A DNA stretch of 64,000 nt from an archaeon (GTDB lineage: Archaea; Nanobdellota; Nanobdellia; Woesearchaeales; GW2011-AR9): the NCBI GenBank assembly GCA_018696395.1, contig JABHQR010000013.1, forward strand, positions 1,802-65,801, read 5' to 3'. Positions 58,316 to 64,000 of the stretch are shown piece after piece (the stretch's first letter is position 1; the number at the start of each line of letters is the position of its first letter). A program made the translations under genes and the position numbers. The notes beneath the pieces were generated by a model. The model searched no databases, was not told where the DNA came from, and saw nothing but the letters and a program-made list of their open reading frames with translations.

Positions 58316-59566
58316 TCAAATCAAATACTCTACCAATTTGTAAACTATCCCTACTACAAACAAAACAATCAAAATATAACTTAAAAATTTAGGTAATTTA
58401 AGGGAATATTCTGGTTCACGATTGCCTAACTTTTTAGCTTTCCAATATGCAAGAATAATCAAGATCGCTTCTGTCCCACCGGTAACACAACCTGTGAAAG
58501 CTAATGCAGAAATAAAAGTAGTAAAATTCCCTAATGACAAAATCATTGGAACACTTAATGTTAATACTAAGGCAAGATTTTTATTTATTTTATAATCATA
58601 TTCATAAACTTCAGATAAAGCTATTGATAAAGTTAAAAAAGTAGTAAACATAGTAAACACTGCAAAAATGTTTGCCAACAAACCCAACAATGAACCACTG
58701 TAAACACTCAATGCAACTGTTGCAATTCGTTCATTAGCACTTAACAATTCAAAATTTTCTAAACCAACAATGCCAACAACAATCAATGAGAATAAAAAAT
58801 ACAACACTAAAGGGATAATACTACCAACAATTATTGCACTTTTGAAATCTTTTTTATTTTTTCCAAATTGTTCATTAATTTCTGGAACTGCTGCAATTCC
58901 CATGAATGAAAATAAAATAACACCATAAGGTAAAAAGAAGCCTGCTGGATTAAATGTGTTGAAGTTTGAAACACTAATATTTTTCAAAGAAAATAATCCA
59001 ATTAAAAAAACAATCAGAATTAAAATAGAAATTATTACTAACTCAACTTCCCCGGCAGCCTTAACACCCCTATAAATAATCAATGATGCAATGATAAAAA
59101 ATAATATTGAATAAAAATGTGTTTGTAAAATTGTTATTAAAGATATTGGGATAAATGATAAGCTTGCAATAAAAGTAGGTTCACCAAAAATAGATTTTAA
59201 AACTTCTCCTTCACCAATCAGAAAAGCTGTTAATGCACCATAAATTCCAAATACCATGGCAAGAGTCATTAACCATTTACCATATTTGCCCAAATATTTT
59301 CCAATGTAACCAGTTAATTGAAATTTTTCTTTGGTACGAAGAATCATTTCACCACTATATAAGTTTAGTAAAACAAATGCCGCACCAAGTAAAATAATAA
59401 GTAAAGAACCATAAATAAAGCCACCTTTAGCCAAAACATAAGGTATACCTAAAATTCCTGCACCAACAATTGTCCCAGCCAAAGTTGCAACAGCAACCAG
59501 AAATTGATGTTTAGTTTTTAATTTTGATAATAAACTACCAAATAAATTCAACCTCTTTTTCGCCAT
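58316..59566 (-). CDS. Polytopic membrane transporter (amino-acid/APC-like permease)
   Basis: 416 aa with about 11 predicted TM helices. Resembles amino acid permease families. Confidence 0.6.
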   Translation of the reverse strand: MAKKRLNLFGSLLSKLKTKHQFLVAVATLAGTIVGAGILGIPYVLAKGGFIYGSLLIILLGAAFVLLNLYSGEMILRTKEKFQLTGYIGKYLGKYGKWLMTLAMVFGIYGALTAFLIGEGEVLKSIFGEPTFIASLSFIPISLITILQTHFYSILFFIIASLIIYRGVKAAGEVELVIISILILIVFLIGLFSLKNISVSNFNTFNPAGFFLPYGVILFSFMGIAAVPEINEQFGKNKKDFKSAIIVGSIIPLVLYFLFSLIVVGIVGLENFELLSANERIATVALSVYSGSLLGLLANIFAVFTMFTTFLTLSIALSEVYEYDYKINKNLALVLTLSVPMILSLGNFTTFISALAFTGCVTGGTEAILIILAYWKAKKLGNREPEYSLKLPKFLSYILIVLFVVGIVYKLVEYLI

Positions 59567-59631
59567 ATCAAGAATAAGAACAAACTTTGTGCTTATATAG
59601 TTTACTGTAATAGTTATGATTAAATATAAAG

Positions 59632-59967
59632 TTAATTGTTATATAATTCGTCATCACACCAAACAGAATCTAAACTTTCTTTAAGGCAAATTAATTTGAT
59701 GCTTTCCACAGGGTGTAAGAGCTCATAAAGAGTAGAACCCACCCTTGAAACTAAATTTGTTTCTTGAGATGGTTCAGGAAGCTCATCAAGAGATTCAATT
59801 AAATCCATATATTGTTCATTAGGCAATGATTTTGCATTATAAAGTGTTGTAAACAGATTTGATTCTTGTTTGATTTCATCCCTTCTTAATTCATATGCTT
59901 GTAGTATTGCCATGTTGTTGCTACTTAGACATACTATTTTTAAGTGTTTGGATAATATTTTAACCAA
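59632..59967 (-). CDS. Hypothetical protein
   Basis: 111 aa ORF. Confidence 0.3.
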   Translation of the reverse strand: MVKILSKHLKIVCLSSNNMAILQAYELRRDEIKQESNLFTTLYNAKSLPNEQYMDLIESLDELPEPSQETNLVSRVGSTLYELLHPVESIKLICLKESLDSVWCDDELYNN

Positions 59968-60009
59968 AAACCCACTGGACAGGTATACAAATTGTTTATA
60001 AATTAATAA

Positions 60010-60759
60010 ATGATTAAAAAGTTAATGCACATTTTAAACAAAAAAAAAGAGATTATAAAATTTTACATTCGTAAAAATCCCAATTGCACATATAAGGAGA
60101 TAAGAAGACATACAAAAATTAAAGTTGAAAGAATTTACAAAAATATGAAAGAAGCATATATTGATGCTGGTGTGAAGTTATCTAAAAACTTATTAAAAAG
60201 AAATGAATTGCAACAAAGAAAGGAAGTTGTTAAATTTATCAAGAATAACCCAACTTGCACTGTTTCTGAGATACAAATAAAATTAAGAGTTAATATCCCC
60301 AGATTATATGGTAGTATTATAAATGCATATGAATCTGCAGAAACAAATTACCCAGAGAGAGAAATTGATTATGGCGTTAGAAACCCCAAGGTAATAAAAA
60401 GATGTAAAATATATGAATCTAAAGTGATTAAGTATCTTGAAAAATTAGGTGATGTTAAACCACAAGTAAGAGTTAAAAATAAAATTATTGATTGTTTATT
60501 TTGCTATAACAAAAAGAAATTCGTTGTTGAGATCAAAGATTTTAGATCAAGAAACAACATTACCAAATCTCAAATCAAACAATTAGAACAATACATGAAA
60601 CTAGTAGGGATTAATAATGGTTTAATTATTTGCCCTAAAGAAAGTTTTCCAAAAAGAAATAACCACAGAAATATTTATATAGAAAACCTAAACATAAAGA
60701 TTTTATCAGATGAAGATATAAGGGGGCGTAGTATAAGCTATTTGCTAAATGCAAGATAG
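60010..60759 (+). CDS. HTH-like N-terminal domain fused to an Hjc-like PD-(D/E)xK nuclease-fold domain
   Basis: 249 aa. C-terminal ESKVIKYLEKLGDV...RVKNKIIDCLFCYNKKKFVVEIKDFRS has the E...D...E-x-K spacing of archaeal Hjc-type resolvases. The 3' end overlaps the predicted tRNA by about 38 nt. Confidence 0.4.
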   Translation: MIKKLMHILNKKKEIIKFYIRKNPNCTYKEIRRHTKIKVERIYKNMKEAYIDAGVKLSKNLLKRNELQQRKEVVKFIKNNPTCTVSEIQIKLRVNIPRLYGSIINAYESAETNYPEREIDYGVRNPKVIKRCKIYESKVIKYLEKLGDVKPQVRVKNKIIDCLFCYNKKKFVVEIKDFRSRNNITKSQIKQLEQYMKLVGINNGLIICPKESFPKRNNHRNIYIENLNIKILSDEDIRGRSISYLLNAR

Positions 60760-60893
60760 GTACACCCTGGCTAGAGGCGATATAAACGCCGGCAACTACA
60801 ACCGGCTCCAGTTATGGAGCGTCGAGCTCTCATACGAGCAATGACAAAAATAGGTGCTACCGGTCAATCTGGGTTCGAATCCCAGCGTCCCCA
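60722..60893 (+). tRNA. Intron-containing tRNA, probably tRNA-Trp (anticodon CCA), with a ~47 nt anticodon-loop intron (60812-60858) and extra sequence in the D-arm region
   Basis: The 3' half is canonical: ACCGGT / CAAT / CTGGG-TTCGAAT-CCCAG (T-arm) / CGTCCCC / A. The 5' acceptor strand GGGGGCG at 60722-60728 pairs perfectly with CGTCCCC, with one G-U pair. Anticodon stem ACCGG (60801-05) pairs with CCGGT (60860-64); the loop is CUCCAG|intron|A. The anticodon CUCCA pairs with the intron sequence UGGAG. A poly-T run follows the 3' end. Confidence 0.55.
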
Positions 60894-60902
60894 CTTTTTT
60901 AT
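60894..60902 (+). terminator. Oligo-T tract immediately after the tRNA 3' end (archaeal-type terminator)
   Basis: cttttttat follows the discriminator base. Confidence 0.3.
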
Positions 60903-61047
60903 AATTAAAAAAAAGGTCAGATTTTGGTTCAATAATTTCTTTATTAATATTTTTCTTTCAAATTCAAGATAAATTGGTAAAAGATAATAAATTAATTTAA
61001 AACTTCTCACAAACTTTTAAATATTCTCACTAAACTTAATCTTCAAT

Positions 61048-62154
61048 ATGGTTGAATTAGATGGTAATTATGGTGAGGGTGGAGGTGCACTGTTAAGAGT
61101 AGCTTTGGCAGCAGCAACAATTACAAACACTCCGTTCAGAATAAACAATATTCGTTCAGGAAGAACTAAACCCGGATTAAAAGCACAACATCTTCAGGCA
61201 ATTAACGCATTGAAACAAATTTCTGGTTCAAAATGTAGCGAGATAGAATTAGGAACCACTGAATTATGGTTTCAACCTGGAAAAGTTAAAGGCGGAACTT
61301 ACACTTTTGATATTGGCACAGCTGGAAGTATTACCTTATTCTTACAATCAATTATCTTACCTTGCATGTTTGCATCTAGTAAGATCAATTTAACTATCAA
61401 AGGTGGAACTTGTGGGAAATGGCAAGCTTCAGTAGATTATCTAAAAGAGATCCTATTACCACAACTAGAAAGGTTTGTCAAAAAAATTGATTTAAAAATT
61501 CTTAAAAGAGGATATTATCCTAAAGGTGGAGGAGAAATATTTTTGGAGATAAGTCCTTTAATTAAATTACAAAACAAAAATGTTCATGAACTAATCAAAG
61601 AAGTAAGTGATAAAGTTAAAAAGATTAATTTAAAAGAACAAGGTAAACTTCAACAAGTTAAAGGAGTTCTAAACATTTCATCCGAATTATCTGAATTTAA
61701 TGTTGACGAAAGAATTACTAGGTCAGCAAAAGTTAGAGTTCAAAACAGATTAAAAATAAACCAAGACGTTCCAATAAATATCAGAACAGAATTAGTTAAT
61801 ACCTTAAGTCAAGGAGGAGAGTTATTGTTATGGTCAGTACATAACAGAGATGAATGGAACAATATCAATAATCCGATTAGGCTGGGTTCTAGTTGTGTTT
61901 TAGAAAAAGGTAAAAAATCTGAAATTATTGGAAAAGAAACTGCAGAACAATTATTTAATGAAATTGAATCTGAAGCAGTAGTAGACCACCATTTAGCTGA
62001 CCAATTGATACAATTCATGAGTATTCTTCCAAATTCAGTAATAAGAACAAGTGAAATAACTAACCATACTAAAACAAACATTTTTGTAATTAAACAATTT
62101 ATTCCAACCAGATTTAAAATTGAAAATAATGTAATATCTTCTTTATTAGAGTAA
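61048..62154 (+). CDS. rtcA: RNA 3'-terminal phosphate cyclase
   Basis: 368 aa. N-terminal LDGNYGEGGGALLRVALAAA and the adenylated-His region match the RtcA family. Confidence 0.85.
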   Translation: MVELDGNYGEGGGALLRVALAAATITNTPFRINNIRSGRTKPGLKAQHLQAINALKQISGSKCSEIELGTTELWFQPGKVKGGTYTFDIGTAGSITLFLQSIILPCMFASSKINLTIKGGTCGKWQASVDYLKEILLPQLERFVKKIDLKILKRGYYPKGGGEIFLEISPLIKLQNKNVHELIKEVSDKVKKINLKEQGKLQQVKGVLNISSELSEFNVDERITRSAKVRVQNRLKINQDVPINIRTELVNTLSQGGELLLWSVHNRDEWNNINNPIRLGSSCVLEKGKKSEIIGKETAEQLFNEIESEAVVDHHLADQLIQFMSILPNSVIRTSEITNHTKTNIFVIKQFIPTRFKIENNVISSLLE

Positions 62155-62235
62155 TCTTTTTATAATTCAGAGCCTTAATTTATGAAATAAAGCTTATTTT
62201 AATTAAATTAGCTTAAAATATGAGGTGAAGGATAG

Positions 62236-62559
62236 ATGTTAAAAAAAGTTTTTCTTATATCAACATTATTAGTTATGACTATGTTTATGATAATGTCCTG
62301 TTCAGGAGAAAATTCTCTTACTGGAGGAGCAATGGTAAATTTAGATGTTGAAAATAATAATGGTGTTAATGATGAATCAGAAGACATATCAATAAATGAA
62401 GATGATTGTAACAGTTGTGAAAGTTCATATGATGAATGCAAAGATGTTTGTGAAAGTGAGAGTTCAGGAGATAGTTTAGAATTCTGCGCAGGCATTTGTG
62501 ACCATAAATACTGTTACTGCTCAGAAAAAGAGTGCGATACAAGTCCAAGTATTTGTTGA
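62236..62559 (+). CDS. Small secreted, lipoprotein-like Cys-rich acidic protein
   Basis: 107 aa. Signal peptide with a lipobox-like IMSC, then about 12 Cys in an acidic region. The opposite-strand ORFs over this locus look spurious. Confidence 0.45.
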   Translation: MLKKVFLISTLLVMTMFMIMSCSGENSLTGGAMVNLDVENNNGVNDESEDISINEDDCNSCESSYDECKDVCESESSGDSLEFCAGICDHKYCYCSEKECDTSPSIC

Positions 62560-62659
62560 ACAAAAAAATTTATTTATTTTCTTATCATTATTATTACTTA
62601 TTATTTTCATGAGAGACAGCCATATCAACCTAATTAACCCCATTCTATTTTTCAATAAA

Positions 62660-62667
62660 CTTTATAA
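62660..62667 (+). promoter_or_regulatory. TATA-box-like element (TTTATAAA) about 24-31 nt upstream of the Zn-ribbon ORF start, suggesting a leaderless transcript
   Basis: ctTTATAAAtgaacctcagttcaaggcagtcATG. Confidence 0.3.
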
Positions 62668-62690
62668 ATGAACCTCAGTTCAAGGCAGTC

Positions 62691-62861
62691 ATGGAAGCTA
62701 AAACTTGTATTTCAACTAAAAAAAGAATCGATAATGATATCGGATCTGTAAGTTTCATGTGCCCAAGTTGTGGAAAATTTGAAATTGTGAGAAGTTCATT
62801 CGCAAGAAAAAATGCTATGAAATATACATGTCCTAATTGTGGATTCACTGGACCAAACTAA
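62691..62861 (+). CDS. Zn-ribbon protein (COG2888-like predicted RNA-binding translation-associated protein); not in the supplied ORF track
   Basis: 56 aa: MEAKTCISTKKRIDNDIGSVSFMCPSCGKFEIVRSSFARKNAMKYTCPNCGFTGPN, with two CPxCG knuckles. It lies directly upstream of EF-1beta, a conserved archaeal gene pairing. Confidence 0.6.
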   Translation: MEAKTCISTKKRIDNDIGSVSFMCPSCGKFEIVRSSFARKNAMKYTCPNCGFTGPN

Positions 62862-62901
62862 CAATTATCATTAAAACAAATAAAGGGAGAGGTTATTAAA
62901 T

Positions 62902-63180
62902 ATGGCAAAAGCAGTTATTACATTTAAATTGATGCCTGAATCAGTAGAAACAGATTTAGAGCCGATTAAAGAAAAAGCATTAGAACTTGCCCGAGAAAAT
63001 GGTGCGATTGGAGAAATGCAATCCAAAATTGAACCAGTTGCATTTGGATTAAAAGCAGTATTAATCTTAGGTATGTACGAAGTTGAAGGTGCGGACTTTG
63101 ATAATATAGCAAATAAAATGGGCAAGATTGAAGGTGTTCAAAGTTCAGAAGTTGCTAAAATGGACTTACCATTAGGTTAA
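62902..63180 (+). CDS. ef1b: Translation elongation factor aEF-1 beta
   Basis: 92 aa. MAKAVITFKLMPESVETDLEPIKEKA... is typical of aEF-1beta. A GGGAGAGG Shine-Dalgarno-like motif lies about 10 nt upstream. Confidence 0.85.
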   Translation: MAKAVITFKLMPESVETDLEPIKEKALELARENGAIGEMQSKIEPVAFGLKAVLILGMYEVEGADFDNIANKMGKIEGVQSSEVAKMDLPLG

Positions 63181-63418
63181 TTTTTTAATTTATTTAATTT
63201 ACATTTTTAACAAGTAATAAGAAAAAAAGGGTGAGATGGTAATTATAAAAAGGATTATTTCTGTAATTAATATAACTGAGATTATAGAAGTAAGCAATAT
63301 CATTTTTCATGCATTACCTTTATCATTACTATTTCCAACTTGTTTACATTTAGTTATTTAAAACAAATTTTAATTAATTTCTTAAGAAACAAAGAGAAAT
63401 CACTTAACTTTATTTGAT

Positions 63419-63997
63419 TTAAGGGTTATAGCTTTTTAAATCTAAATCAGTTAAACCAAACAAATTATATTCTTTAGATTCTGCTTGAAAAAGGGGTTTA
63501 TTTAATTTTGAATCCCAATACAATTTAACATTAAAACCACAAGCAGAAAAAAATTTAACTTTATGTTCTAATTTTTCAACCAATAATTCTTTAACTTTAT
63601 TAAAATGTTGAGAAGTCTTATTTACCCTTTCTAAAGGGATTTCCATTGAATCTAATTCATCAATTTGATCCAATACTACCCGAATCTCTTCATTACGAGA
63701 ACCATAAACTCTAACTTTGTATTGAATAAAATTTTCACTTTGCCAACAATGAGATTTTTGAGTAAACCTATGTTCAGTCACAACAAAATCAAGATTATTA
63801 ACTGAATATCTTGTCCTTAAATGATCAGGCAGATAACTAAAATCATACATATTTGCTTTAACAAGATTGGGAAATTGAATTAATTCACATCCCTTAATTT
63901 CTGATTCTAACTCCAATTTACCATTAATAGTTTTATTTTCAGAAAGATCAACTTTACGAAGTTTTGCATATGATTCAAAATTTAAACTTTCACCCAT
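63419..63997 (-). CDS. Hypothetical protein
   Basis: 192 aa ORF with no firm motif. Confidence 0.35.
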   Translation of the reverse strand: MGESLNFESYAKLRKVDLSENKTINGKLELESEIKGCELIQFPNLVKANMYDFSYLPDHLRTRYSVNNLDFVVTEHRFTQKSHCWQSENFIQYKVRVYGSRNEEIRVVLDQIDELDSMEIPLERVNKTSQHFNKVKELLVEKLEHKVKFFSACGFNVKLYWDSKLNKPLFQAESKEYNLFGLTDLDLKSYNP

Positions 63998-64000
63998 AAG

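Noticed and set aside
60735-60860. C/D box sRNA inside the tRNA intron (as in euryarchaeal pre-tRNA-Trp)
   Set aside because: There is only a weak C-box-like ATGACAA and no convincing D box (CUGA) at the right spacing, so it is not called.
62208-62563. Minus-strand ORFs 62208-62495 and 62366-62563 overlapping the Cys-rich secreted protein gene
   Set aside because: The plus-strand frame has a signal peptide and an ordered Cys pattern. The antisense frames have no features and are unusually His/Leu-rich, typical of antisense AT-rich sequence.
1-64000. CRISPR arrays, integrases/transposases, rRNA genes
   Set aside because: None found. No regularly spaced direct repeats with unique spacers. No recombinase or transposase motifs in any ORF. 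No rRNA-like GC-rich long non-coding stretch.

Overview
This 64 kb window is very AT-rich (roughly 30% GC by eye, not computed) and is clearly archaeal. It encodes aRF1 with NIKS and GGQ motifs, FEN-1, aEF-1beta, a tRNA-splicing endonuclease, transketolase split into N- and C-terminal subunits, RtcA, a TrmB-family regulator and a geranylgeranyl reductase. Gene density, frequent short overlaps and Lys-rich low-complexity extensions fit a small-genome (DPANN-like) archaeon; that assignment is inference.

Layout:
- 1-9.2 kb: a plus-strand sugar-phosphate operon (partial PfkB kinase, class II FBA, RpiB, GNAT, Rpe, TktN/TktC, EndA, HAD), followed by FEN-1.
- 9-21 kb: mixed housekeeping and accessory genes. 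These include two tandem radical SAM paralogs, a fused PyrB-PyrI, a nucleotidyltransferase, an HExxH protein, aRF1, an AK6-like kinase and an ABC transporter.
- 21-33 kb: a minus-strand cluster of secreted, highly acidic surface proteins. One is a giant ~1075 aa adhesin-like protein and one is a candidate beta-barrel protein ending in Phe.
- 33-56 kb: a large accessory island with no recognisable housekeeping genes. It holds two eukaryotic-like protein kinase domains (one in a membrane-spanning receptor-like protein), a PP2C-like phosphatase fused to a long coiled-coil, two adjacent P-loop/AAA+ ATPases, many coiled-coil and membrane proteins, paralog pairs, and a ~95 nt near-identical duplication of a gene 5' end. 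A TrmB regulator is transcribed divergently from its edge. This island is the best candidate here for an undescribed signalling or conflict system.
- 56-64 kb: a coiled-coil paralog of the PP2C protein, a permease and an HTH plus Hjc-like nuclease-fold protein. A ~172 nt tRNA gene (probably tRNA-Trp(CCA) with a 47 nt anticodon intron plus a second insertion) overlaps that ORF's 3' end. Then come RtcA, an unlisted 56 aa Zn-ribbon ORF in front of EF-1beta, and EF-1beta itself.

No CRISPR array, integrase or rRNA was seen.
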